From the NCBI GenBank assembly GCA_041389025.1, contig JAWKSP010000001.1:192002-256001 (forward strand): DNA of 64,000 nucleotides. The letters run 5' to 3'. Source of the DNA: Minisyncoccota bacterium. Lineage in GTDB: Bacteria; Patescibacteriota; Minisyncoccia; Phycocordibacterales; UBA918. The notes beneath the pieces are model-generated. The model saw only the letters and a program-made list of their open reading frames with translations. It ran no database searches and was not told the DNA's origin. The translations under genes were made by a program, and so were the position numbers. Positions 39,572 to 49,005 of the stretch are shown piece by piece; position 1 is the first letter of the stretch, and the number at the start of each line of letters is the position of its first letter.

Positions 39572-40483
39572 TTATTGAATATTATTTAAATCAGTATTAA
39601 TAGCTACAAACAAAACCGCCGGATCATTGGTGTCGAATTGACTAGCATAAGGAACTAGTACTTCGTACATATTTTCAAGCGCTAACTTTAGACCCAAGGT
39701 ATCATCTTCATATCTTTTAAGTCGAACTAAAGTCAAAAGCGGATCATCCATTATTTGAGACATTCCCTCTACATCCTGCTTTAAAGCATTATAGACATTT
39801 ATTAGGTCCAAATGAACTTTTACTAGTTGTTTAGGTACTGGAACAACTAGGCTGTCATTAATGGTTTTTTGGTAAACGTTAGCTAGTTTATTTAGGTTAT
39901 CTATATCAGTTTGGTATTCACTACCTTCCATTGCTGAATTCATTATGTTTTGCAAGGATTCAATTTCGTATTCAGCATCAGAATCATTGTCTAATATGGC
40001 TGAGGCCATGGCGTTTGCATAAGTACGCACTGCTTCGCCAGAGGTGTCGCTGGAGACTGAAATATCTCTTAAATCATACATTTTGTCCTTCCCTGCTTCT
40101 AGTGCGTCTTTAGCTAATTCTTCAGCTACACTTTCTGGAGTACGTCCAAAAGGGTTGGCGGTTTTTATACTAACGAGGTTTGAAAAAAGGCTGATACCAG
40201 TTTGCCCGGTTAGAGTAGTTGGTAATTCGTAATTAGGATCGATTTCATTTTTTAAATAAATTGGCTCTGGAGTCAAGAATTTTTCTTGCCAATCTTCCAA
40301 ACCATCGTCATTAGAGTCTTTAACATCAATAAACACCCGAGGCGGAGCCTCGCTAACAGCTGCTAGGCTGGCGTCTTTTGGTGCAGAAACCGGATCGGCC
40401 ATGCCTTTTACAACATAAGTACCAGCTACTATTGCAAAACCTACAATAAAAGCACCGACAACTTTGGAATCGAATTGGCCCAT
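39572..40483 (-). CDS. Membrane-anchored hypothetical protein with a Ca-binding-like DxxDDGLxDWxE motif
   Basis: N-terminal TM; DSNDDGLEDWQE; first gene of the cluster with TATAAT 6 nt upstream. Confidence 0.7.
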   Translation of the reverse strand: MGQFDSKVVGAFIVGFAIVAGTYVVKGMADPVSAPKDASLAAVSEAPPRVFIDVKDSNDDGLEDWQEKFLTPEPIYLKNEIDPNYELPTTLTGQTGISLFSNLVSIKTANPFGRTPESVAEELAKDALEAGKDKMYDLRDISVSSDTSGEAVRTYANAMASAILDNDSDAEYEIESLQNIMNSAMEGSEYQTDIDNLNKLANVYQKTINDSLVVPVPKQLVKVHLDLINVYNALKQDVEGMSQIMDDPLLTLVRLKRYEDDTLGLKLALENMYEVLVPYASQFDTNDPAVLFVAINTDLNNIQ

Positions 40484-40589
40484 GAAAATATTATAACAGT
40501 AATTGTGTATTACCTGTTAATAATGTGGGACCTACCTGTGTATATAGTTGTTTAAAACAAGTGTCGTTTTTCTGTTAAGAATATTGAAA

Positions 40590-41411
40590 TTATTTAAGAG
40601 CTTTAGTCAAAATAAGCCATTGTTGAAGCGGTAAATCCTCCCCTCTAATTTTATTGTTTATACTAAGTTCAGAAAAAGTTGCTTCTAAGTTAGAACGAGA
40701 ATATTTTTTACTTAAATTACTCAATAATTGCTTACGTTTATTACCTAAACCAAGATGTAGGATTTTGAAAAAATTCTTAATAGAAATTTCCTCAGTAAAG
40801 TTATTATTATTTATATTATCAATTTGTAAAATAGCCGAATCGACTTTTGGTTGAGGTTTAAAATGACCTTTAGTGACGGTTTTTATATAACGTGGTTCAC
40901 CAAAAACTTTTACTGATAAGGATAAGATTGACTCTTTTTTACTGCGAGCAATTCGTTCGGCTAATTCTTTTTGAATTAAGAAAGTAACAGATTTGGGCTG
41001 TTGGTCATTTTCCAGTAAAAAACGTAATAAAAAACCAGATAAATAATAAGGAATATTTGCTACTACTTTAAATTTGTGTTTCCTTAAACCTAAGTCTTTT
41101 AAGGATATATTCTTTATGTCAGCTTCTATAATTGTAAGTTTACCAACTCTTATTTCCTGACTAAAAGTTTCTTTTAGTTTTTCTACTGCTCGTTTATCAG
41201 TTTCAACGGCTAAGACTTTAGAACTTTTTTGTAAAATTGACTTAGTCAGCATACCGGTTCCTGGACCGATTTCTAGTATTGTGTCGTTTTCCTCTAGTTT
41301 AGCGGCTTCACACATCCAATTAGGAACAATGTCACTGGTTAAAAAGTTTTGTCCTAGTGATTTTTTATGTTGGAAACTTTCTTCTGATGTTTTAGATAAG
41401 TCATTCTTCAT
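40590..41411 (-). CDS. rsmA: 16S rRNA dimethyladenosine transferase
   Basis: KKSLGQNFL, EIGPGTG, VANIPY and PKVDSA motifs. Confidence 0.97.
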   Translation of the reverse strand: MKNDLSKTSEESFQHKKSLGQNFLTSDIVPNWMCEAAKLEENDTILEIGPGTGMLTKSILQKSSKVLAVETDKRAVEKLKETFSQEIRVGKLTIIEADIKNISLKDLGLRKHKFKVVANIPYYLSGFLLRFLLENDQQPKSVTFLIQKELAERIARSKKESILSLSVKVFGEPRYIKTVTKGHFKPQPKVDSAILQIDNINNNNFTEEISIKNFFKILHLGLGNKRKQLLSNLSKKYSRSNLEATFSELSINNKIRGEDLPLQQWLILTKALK

Positions 41412-41457
41412 GTCGATATTTTTATCAGGTTAGCAAGAAAAACTATATAAATCTAGG

Positions 41458-43422
41458 TTAATCTAAGAAAATAGTCGTTTCGTAGCCGGAGCCGTCACTG
41501 CCAAAACTGGTTGGATTAGAGCTTTCAACATGCTCTTGGTCGATGTCGTTTAAAAAAGATGAGGGTACATTTACTCTTTGACTGCCATAAATAGTACGCA
41601 TATGAGCATAAGATAAAAAGAGTTTTTTAATGGCTCTGGTTAAAGCTACATAAAAAAGTCTTCGTTCTTCTTCATGGTCTATACCAGTATCATCTAGTCT
41701 CTCGTGTGGGAATAGCCCTTCCTCTAAACCACAAATAAAAACATAAGGAAATTCCAAACCTTTAGCGGCGTGTACGGTCATCAGTCTAACAGCATCTTGC
41801 TCCTCTTTGTTCTTTAGTTCATCTTGATCACTTTGTAGGCTAACTGTTTCTAGGAAACTTTCTATCGCTTCTTCTGGGTCTAGCTGATCGTAACGTTGGC
41901 CTAATGTAACTAGTTCTTGTAGATTTTCTAGTCGAGATAAGTCGTCTTCGGTACCGTTTTTCTTTAATTCGGTTTCTATTCCGCTTCGTTTAATAATAAA
42001 TTTTAAAGTTTCTGATAAAGGTTTAGTTCTAGCTTCGTCGGCAATATCTTGCATTAGTTGGTCGAATCGACTGACTTTTTCTAAAGTGGCTCCAGTTATT
42101 TCTGATCTTTTCCCTTCTACAACCTTAAGCATAGTTACTTTTCCGATACCACGAGTCGGATAGTTTATGATTCTGGTCAAATCAGCGACATTATTTGGGT
42201 TTAAAGATAATCGTAAGTAAGATAAAACATCTTTTATTTCTTTTCGGTCAAAGAATTTAGTCCCTAGTAACTGGTAAGCTACACCATAGTTTAAAAAAGC
42301 TTCTTCTAAAACACGTGACTGGAAGTTGGTTCTATACAATACAGCTATTTCAGACGGACTAACTCCTTCTTTTATCAAGCTATCAGCTTTTAAAGCTATA
42401 TATTCTGCTTCATCAATACCGTTCATAGCGGCGTAAAGGTTGATTTTTTCACCAATATCATTGTTGGTAAACACTTCTTTATGAACGCGGTTTTTATTTT
42501 TCTCTATTACTTGGTTGGAAGCGGCAATGATAGTTTTGGTAGAGCGATAATTTTCTTCAAGGAGAATAGTTTTTGCTCTAGGGAATTCTTTTTCAAATTG
42601 TAAGACGTTTTTTATATCAGCTCCACGCCAAGAATAAATATTTTGATCAATATCCCCTACTACACAAATATTTTGTGGTTGCCCAGCCAATAATTTTGCT
42701 GTAGTAAATTGAACAGCGTTGGTGTCTTGGTACTCATCAATATGAATATAGAGATATTTTTTTTGTAACTCTTCTTTAACAAATGGATAGGTTCTTAATA
42801 AGTGTAAAGTTTTAGACAATAAATCATCAAAATCTAAGGCATGCTCTTGGTTTAAACTATTTTCATAGTGTTCCCAGACCTCACCAGCTACTTGGTCTGG
42901 AAAACCAGTAGCTGATTGTTTGAATTCTGTAACTGATATAGCATCACCTTTGGCTTTAGAAATACGGCTAAGAATTTTTTTTGGTTCAAATTCCTTAGGA
43001 TTATAATTGGCTTTTTCGATAGCTAATTTAACAGTACGTAAACTGTCGGAGCGGTCATAAATAGTAAAATGACGAGGTAAATTAAGGGTTTTATGGTATT
43101 CACGCAAAATTCTAACTCCCAAAGCGTGAAAGGTAGTGACCGTCGGTAATGAGTCTAAGGCGGCTCGATTGGAAGGCGGGTATTGTTTTACTAAAGTTTC
43201 TACTCGCTCTCGCATTTCTTTAGCGGCTTTATTGGTAAAGGTAACTGCCAATATGTTGTGAGGGGCAATTCCTTGATGGATTAGATGGACAATTCGGTGG
43301 GTGATTACTCTGGTTTTACCGGAGCCAGCTCCCGCCAAAACCAGCAAAGGTCCTTTTGTATAGAGTACAGCTTCTTTTTGTGCTTCATTAAGTCCTTCTA
43401 GGTACGGTGGGTGGTTTTGCAT
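41458..43422 (-). CDS. pcrA: UvrD/PcrA ATP-dependent DNA helicase
   Basis: AGAGSGKT, DEYQDTN, TVHAAKGLEF and EERRLFYVALTRA motifs. Confidence 0.95.
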   Translation of the reverse strand: MQNHPPYLEGLNEAQKEAVLYTKGPLLVLAGAGSGKTRVITHRIVHLIHQGIAPHNILAVTFTNKAAKEMRERVETLVKQYPPSNRAALDSLPTVTTFHALGVRILREYHKTLNLPRHFTIYDRSDSLRTVKLAIEKANYNPKEFEPKKILSRISKAKGDAISVTEFKQSATGFPDQVAGEVWEHYENSLNQEHALDFDDLLSKTLHLLRTYPFVKEELQKKYLYIHIDEYQDTNAVQFTTAKLLAGQPQNICVVGDIDQNIYSWRGADIKNVLQFEKEFPRAKTILLEENYRSTKTIIAASNQVIEKNKNRVHKEVFTNNDIGEKINLYAAMNGIDEAEYIALKADSLIKEGVSPSEIAVLYRTNFQSRVLEEAFLNYGVAYQLLGTKFFDRKEIKDVLSYLRLSLNPNNVADLTRIINYPTRGIGKVTMLKVVEGKRSEITGATLEKVSRFDQLMQDIADEARTKPLSETLKFIIKRSGIETELKKNGTEDDLSRLENLQELVTLGQRYDQLDPEEAIESFLETVSLQSDQDELKNKEEQDAVRLMTVHAAKGLEFPYVFICGLEEGLFPHERLDDTGIDHEEERRLFYVALTRAIKKLFLSYAHMRTIYGSQRVNVPSSFLNDIDQEHVESSNPTSFGSDGSGYETTIFLD

Positions 43423-43822
43423 AAAGTTAATGTAAACAAGATACTACCATAACTCAAATTAAAAAAATGGTTATGATAGTGGAAGAGGTAGACTTAGATG
43501 GAATTAATTTCTAATTTTATTAGAAATTAATTATAATTATATGTCAATATAAATTATAAGGCTCTAAACTTGTTTATTTTAAGTTTATAAAAATTTTCCC
43601 AAATATATAAAAAACGTCAATTGTGTTTAAGTTATTGTTTAGTAAAATTATCCGCATACCTTAAATATCAATAGGTAACTTTACTTAGAGCATTTTGGCT
43701 CTATTTTATTTCAGATAGTATGTAGTGACTAGCTCGGCGGTGCGACCTTAATTAGATTTAATATTCAACCTAATCAACAAGATTCTGATTCTAGTTTTAA
43801 ATCGTCAATTACGGACGGTCAG

Positions 43823-44848
43823 ATGACAAAAGAAAAACATAACAATTCAGCATTTCGTATTGTAGCTGAGTGTGTAGCTTTGTTTTTAATAATTGTAATA
43901 CCATTAACTGTACAGGCAAAATTATTTAGTAAGGACTCAACTAATAAAGGAATAATTTTAGTTGAAACTGGTTTTAATAATTCTCCACTAGATATCCCTC
44001 TGCTCACAGCTGAACACAATCCAGATCCACACAACAACCTCGGTGGTGCTGAGGTGGTAGTAGAAGATGGAGCTTTGGTCTCTTCCGGTCCGGTCGGCGA
44101 AGATGTAATTGCTTTAAACCGTACTTCAACCGGAGAGATAAGTATTTATACTGTTCGTGAAGGTGATACTTTATCTCATATTGCTGATATGTATGGTGTT
44201 ACTGCTAATACCATCTTATGGGCTAATGATCTACCAAAAGCTACCAGTATAAGAGAAGGACAAACTTTAGTTATTTTACCGATTGCTGGTGTGCAACATG
44301 TAGTAAAGAGTGGTGATACGGTTAATTCTATTGCTAAAAAATATGACGGTAATGTTGAAGAAATTCTTTCTTATAACCAACTGGCCAGCGCTGATGGTTT
44401 GGTAGTCGGTGAAACTATTGTAGTTCCTGGTGGAGCTATTCACTCCGCTCCAGTTATAAAATCAGCTTCACCAACCAGTGTCTCAGGGTCGGTGGCTGCT
44501 AGTACAGCTGGTTGGACTCACCCAGCTCCTGGGGCTATTAAGTCACAAGGCTTACATGGTTACAATGCCGTTGACTTAGCTGGTTCAGTTGGTTCCTCTA
44601 TTAGAGCTGCCGCTGCTGGTGAAGTGATTGTTTCTAAAAGTTCTGGTTGGAATGGTGGCTATGGACAATATATTGTAATAAAGCACTCTAATGGTACTCA
44701 GACTCTATACGCTCACCTATCAAGTAACAAGGTTGGAGTCGGAGCTTATGTCGGTCAAGGTGAAGTGATTGGTGGTATGGGCAATACTGGAAAATCTACC
44801 GGTTCACACTTGCATTTCGAAGTTCGTGGTGGTAAAAATCCTTTTTAA
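43823..44848 (+). CDS. LysM-repeat M23 peptidoglycan endopeptidase
   Basis: Two LysM domains (YTVREGDTL, HVVKSGDTV); YAHL and GSHLHFEV motifs. Confidence 0.93.
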   Translation: MTKEKHNNSAFRIVAECVALFLIIVIPLTVQAKLFSKDSTNKGIILVETGFNNSPLDIPLLTAEHNPDPHNNLGGAEVVVEDGALVSSGPVGEDVIALNRTSTGEISIYTVREGDTLSHIADMYGVTANTILWANDLPKATSIREGQTLVILPIAGVQHVVKSGDTVNSIAKKYDGNVEEILSYNQLASADGLVVGETIVVPGGAIHSAPVIKSASPTSVSGSVAASTAGWTHPAPGAIKSQGLHGYNAVDLAGSVGSSIRAAAAGEVIVSKSSGWNGGYGQYIVIKHSNGTQTLYAHLSSNKVGVGAYVGQGEVIGGMGNTGKSTGSHLHFEVRGGKNPF

Positions 44849-45051
44849 TCTAAAGTGTCATAGATTATAAAAACAAATAAAATCCAAAACCAAATCCTGC
44901 ACCTACGGTGTGGGTTTTTACTGTGTTACCTAGGAATATAAAAATCTTTTCCAATGTATTTACGTAAAGCGCCTGCTTTAGCTTTAGAACACTCCAAGGT
45001 TATTTTAATATTTGTTTTATTACTGAAAATATTTTTTAATTTGTGTAGTTT

Positions 45052-46566
45052 CTATATTTGTACTCTATACTGCAACGCCTCTAGTACATGTTTAGTTTCT
45101 ATTTCATCAGCTTCATCTAGGTCGGCAATAGTACGAGCGACTTTGATTAGTCTGTGATAACTGCGGGGTGAGAGGTTTAGTTTTTGGGAAGAAAGTTTTA
45201 AAAGATCTGATACTTCCGTACTCAAGGTAATGGTGTGGTCGATGTCGCGACTGGTCATCTCGGCGTTGGTGTTTACTCCCCTGCCCTCAAGGCGGTTGCT
45301 TTGGCGAGTGCGAGCGGTAGTGATTTCTTTTCTGGCTTTGTCTGTCTCGTCAGTGGTTCTCTCTAGATTCGATAATGTTTCGTAATCGATGTGTGGTACT
45401 TCGATCCAAAGATCAATGCGGTCTAAGATTGGCCCAGATATCTTACCTTTATACGTTTCTTGCATAGCTCGTGCGAGGTCAGTGGTACCATCTTCGGTAC
45501 CGCGGTACGGGTTCATAGCTGCGATTAGGATAAAATCAGCTGGAAACAAAGCTGTGCCTTGAATGCGAGAAATACTCACTACTCTGTCTTCTAGCGGTTG
45601 ACGAAGAGCGTCTAGACTGCGTCTTTCAAATTCTGGAAATTCGTCCATAAAAAGTACCCCTTTGTGGGCTAGGGTTACTTCCCCAGGCTTTGGATTGGTA
45701 CCACCACCTACAAGTGCCGTATGTGAAGCGGTGTGATGTGGAGCACGAAATGGTGGCGTGTTGGTTATGATTTGGTCACTACCACTTAATGAATGTATAG
45801 CGGTCACAGCTAGAGCATCTTCTCGAGAAAGCGGCGGCAAGAGTCCTTGAAAGGCACGAGCCAGCATAGTCTTACCGGTACCGGGTGGTCCGACTAATAT
45901 TACATTATGGCGACCGGCGGCGGCAATAATAAGCGCTCGTTTGGCACTTTCCTGTCCTTTTATATCTTCTAAGGTTACTTTGCCTTCTGTCCAATTATTA
46001 TTGTCTAAATTAGTAGTTTGTTGTGGTGAGATGATGCTATGTTCGGGGTGGTTTTTATCAATGTGTCTGATTACTTCACTTAAAGTCTTGGCTGGAAATA
46101 TTTCTATCCCCTCTATTAGAGCGGCTTCTTCAGCATTGCACCACGGGACAACAATTTGTTTGTAGCCGTTTTGTTTGGCGGCCATAGTTATGTTTAAAAC
46201 CCCACGAATTGGTCTTAAACTACCGTCGAGTCCGAGTTCACCAACATATAGAGTATTTGGATTACCATTTAGTTCTCCGGTCGCTTCCAGATAAGCGATG
46301 GCAATTGGCAAGTCAAACAAAGGTCCTTCTTTTTTAAGGTCAGCTGGTGAAAGTGAGACAGTGATTTTTTGATTTTTACTTTTTGGAGATTCAAAACCAG
46401 AGTGTTTGATGGCACTACTAATACGGTCTTTAGATTCTTCGATCGCCTTGCCGGCTAGTCCAACAATAGAAAAAGAATGCAGACCTCTGGCTAGGTCTGC
46501 TTCAATTCTGACTACGGTGCCAGACAATATATGTGGTTGGACGGTGTGTACTAAAGCTACGCTCAT
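45052..46566 (-). CDS. comM: ComM/YifB Mg-chelatase-like AAA+ ATPase
   Basis: GPPGTGKTMLA, FRAPHHTAS, PGEVTLAHKGVLFMDE and ARTIADL motifs. Confidence 0.93.
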   Translation of the reverse strand: MSVALVHTVQPHILSGTVVRIEADLARGLHSFSIVGLAGKAIEESKDRISSAIKHSGFESPKSKNQKITVSLSPADLKKEGPLFDLPIAIAYLEATGELNGNPNTLYVGELGLDGSLRPIRGVLNITMAAKQNGYKQIVVPWCNAEEAALIEGIEIFPAKTLSEVIRHIDKNHPEHSIISPQQTTNLDNNNWTEGKVTLEDIKGQESAKRALIIAAAGRHNVILVGPPGTGKTMLARAFQGLLPPLSREDALAVTAIHSLSGSDQIITNTPPFRAPHHTASHTALVGGGTNPKPGEVTLAHKGVLFMDEFPEFERRSLDALRQPLEDRVVSISRIQGTALFPADFILIAAMNPYRGTEDGTTDLARAMQETYKGKISGPILDRIDLWIEVPHIDYETLSNLERTTDETDKARKEITTARTRQSNRLEGRGVNTNAEMTSRDIDHTITLSTEVSDLLKLSSQKLNLSPRSYHRLIKVARTIADLDEADEIETKHVLEALQYRVQI

Positions 46567-46582
46567 TGGTACCTATTATAAC

Positions 46583-46963
46583 TTATAGTGGTAAGTTCTG
46601 TTCCTCGTTCATGTGTTCTTTGCAAGTTCTGGCTTCCGGTCTAAAATCAAGCCTTGCCTCTTCAATTTTCTTTTGGCAGATTTCACAGGTGCCAAAAGTG
46701 TCGTCTTCAATTTTTTGTAAAGCTCTTTTTATATTATTGTAATCAATTTCTAAGTCAGACAAAGTAGCTGTATTTTCTTCTAATTCTTCGGCAAAATCAG
46801 CTTTACTGTTTGGATCGGCTTCATTTATGTGTTCAGGTATAACTTCTATCCAATCACCGGTTTTTGGTTCATAAACGCCGAGGGTTTTTAATTCTTCTGT
46901 AATTTTGACTAACTTGTTTTCTAATTCAATTTTATATTTCTTTATGTCTGTCATATCTTTCAC
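46583..46963 (-). CDS. TraR/DksA-family zinc-finger protein
   Basis: Coiled coil plus FGTCEIC...RL...PEARTCKEH. Confidence 0.85.
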   Translation of the reverse strand: MKDMTDIKKYKIELENKLVKITEELKTLGVYEPKTGDWIEVIPEHINEADPNSKADFAEELEENTATLSDLEIDYNNIKRALQKIEDDTFGTCEICQKKIEEARLDFRPEARTCKEHMNEEQNLPL

Positions 46964-48894
46964 TTTATCATGTTTGTTAAACGACTAAAGGACTGTGAGC
47001 TGGTGGTGATGATTAATATATTTGGTTTAACAAAACCATAAATTATTTCTTCTTCACCGGTACCGGATTTTAAAACTCTAACCTCCACACCAGCCAAAGA
47101 ACCATCGATGAACTTTTCAGAAGTCATCCTAGTGCTGGTTGAATTGATTTCGGTATCTTTATTTTGATTAACTTTTAGTTTGAATATTTCGGATAAATTG
47201 TTTTTCATTTCTTTTTCCCAATTTAGCATACCGGCTAAAGCTACTGTTTGATCAGTTATTTTAAGTGCTAGGTAAGGGTTGTTGTCATTTAAGCCTCCAA
47301 AGTAGAGTTGTGATATTGATTGTCCAAAACCGTCGCCTAATTTTACATCAAGGAACTTCAGTACAGTTTCTGGTTCAACTACGTTTTGTGCATCAGGAGT
47401 AGTGGCAAAAGCAAATTGAGTCAGCTCTATTTCTGGGTTCTGGTATTCAGCGATTATTTTATTGATAAAAGTATTTTTATCAATAAATGGATCATAAACA
47501 AAAGCTACATCATCACTCACTATTCCGGTATATTTATTTATCTCTGAAACATAAGTGTTGTTTTCTTTGTTTTTATACCAAGCGTAACCCAATCCAATTG
47601 CTAAGAATAGAATTAGTATAATAGCTGATATTATAAACGAGATGAGGTTTGTATCAGTGGTGAACAAGATGCTTTTCTTAGAATTTTCTTTCTTGCTAGG
47701 CGGAATCACCGGTCCTTGGTTTGTGATGGCGGAAGTTACATCAACTTTTTTGGGAGCTGGTATAGTTTTTATCTCTGATGCAGTTTTTTGTTGTTCGCGA
47801 TTTACAATTTCTTTTTCAGTTGTTCGTGAAGTTAAGTCTTCGTCGGTTGACCATTTTGGTCCGGTAGGGTCCTTGTATTCATGATTTTCTTCCACTACTG
47901 TTTCTTCTGGTTTTTGTTCGGTTAGTTCTTCCTCCCTGCTTTGGTTTGGTTCTGGTTCAATTACTTTTTCTGGTCTAGGTTTTATTGGTGTTTCTTTTAC
48001 TTCTTCTATCTTTGGTGACAAATCCACTTTATCAGTTTCGTTTATAGAACTTAAATCTTCTATTACGATTTCACTTTGGTCAGATAAAAAGCCTTTTGGT
48101 ATTTTATCAGTAGCGACTTCTTTAGGTTCTTCAATTATTTTTGCTTCTTTTTTACTAGGCGGCGGCGGGAAAACTGGTTCTGTGTTTTTGGTAGAAATAA
48201 TTTTTGGTTCACTTTCCTCAATACTGTTTTGTTGCTGTCTTTCTTTTATTCTATTTTGTATTTGATCATGGTCAGTGTTGGTGGTGATGCCTGATTTAGA
48301 AGTGGCTTTTTGAATCACTCCCTTTCTTCGACTAGCTTCAGGTACGGTATACTTAGGGGCTTTTTTAGCTTCTCTTTGCTTCTTTTTTTCTTTTATCCAA
48401 TTAGAAAATGAAGCAAAAGTCTCTGAAAAAAGATTAAACCGGTCTTTTTTTGTATCGGTTATAACTGTTGCTGCTTCAGAATCCTCTCCGGCAATATGAA
48501 CTTCTCTTTCTGGGCGACTAGTTTTAGCGGCAGCTAAAACCTGTACCGGTACCGGTTTAGGTTTTGGTTTTTCTTCTACTACTATATCCTCTTGTACTAC
48601 TTGGCTTTTTATTTCATCTGAAACTATTTTTTGTAATTCACTAAAATCAGTTCCTGTTTCAATAAGGTTTTCCTTAATTGGTTTTTTAGCCTGCGGTGGA
48701 GTTGGTAAAGATAGTCCGGTTTTTTTATCTTTTTCATGCCCTTTTTCTTTGTTAACTGGTGGAGTCGGTATATTATTCTTTAGAATTGGTTTTTTTACCA
48801 CCTGTTTTTTTGCGTCTTTATTCTTCTGGTCTCCAGCTAAAGTTCTAAGACCGGCTAGTTTGGAAGTTGATAAGTGATTGTTGTCCATTGTCAC
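46960..48894 (-). CDS. Hypothetical single-pass membrane protein with a long K/E/P-rich disordered N-terminus
   Basis: Low-complexity ~410 aa, one TM, folded C-terminus (AGMLNWE...IIYGF). Confidence 0.75.
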   Translation of the reverse strand: MTMDNNHLSTSKLAGLRTLAGDQKNKDAKKQVVKKPILKNNIPTPPVNKEKGHEKDKKTGLSLPTPPQAKKPIKENLIETGTDFSELQKIVSDEIKSQVVQEDIVVEEKPKPKPVPVQVLAAAKTSRPEREVHIAGEDSEAATVITDTKKDRFNLFSETFASFSNWIKEKKKQREAKKAPKYTVPEASRRKGVIQKATSKSGITTNTDHDQIQNRIKERQQQNSIEESEPKIISTKNTEPVFPPPPSKKEAKIIEEPKEVATDKIPKGFLSDQSEIVIEDLSSINETDKVDLSPKIEEVKETPIKPRPEKVIEPEPNQSREEELTEQKPEETVVEENHEYKDPTGPKWSTDEDLTSRTTEKEIVNREQQKTASEIKTIPAPKKVDVTSAITNQGPVIPPSKKENSKKSILFTTDTNLISFIISAIILILFLAIGLGYAWYKNKENNTYVSEINKYTGIVSDDVAFVYDPFIDKNTFINKIIAEYQNPEIELTQFAFATTPDAQNVVEPETVLKFLDVKLGDGFGQSISQLYFGGLNDNNPYLALKITDQTVALAGMLNWEKEMKNNLSEIFKLKVNQNKDTEINSTSTRMTSEKFIDGSLAGVEVRVLKSGTGEEEIIYGFVKPNILIITTSSQSFSRLTNMIK

Positions 48895-48947
48895 TAGTAT
48901 CGCATGAAATAAGCAATTTGTGTTAGTTGCCTGTGGTTTTGTTCGTT

Positions 48948-48996
48948 AAAGTATAAGAAAATGCGCGACCTGCGGTCGCCCCTTTTCTTATACTTT
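48948..48996. terminator. Imperfect long hairpin downstream of pnp
   Basis: aaagtataagaaaa...gcgacc-tgc-ggtcgc...ttttcttatacttt. Confidence 0.7.
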
Positions 48997-49005
48997 TTAG
49001 ATTTT

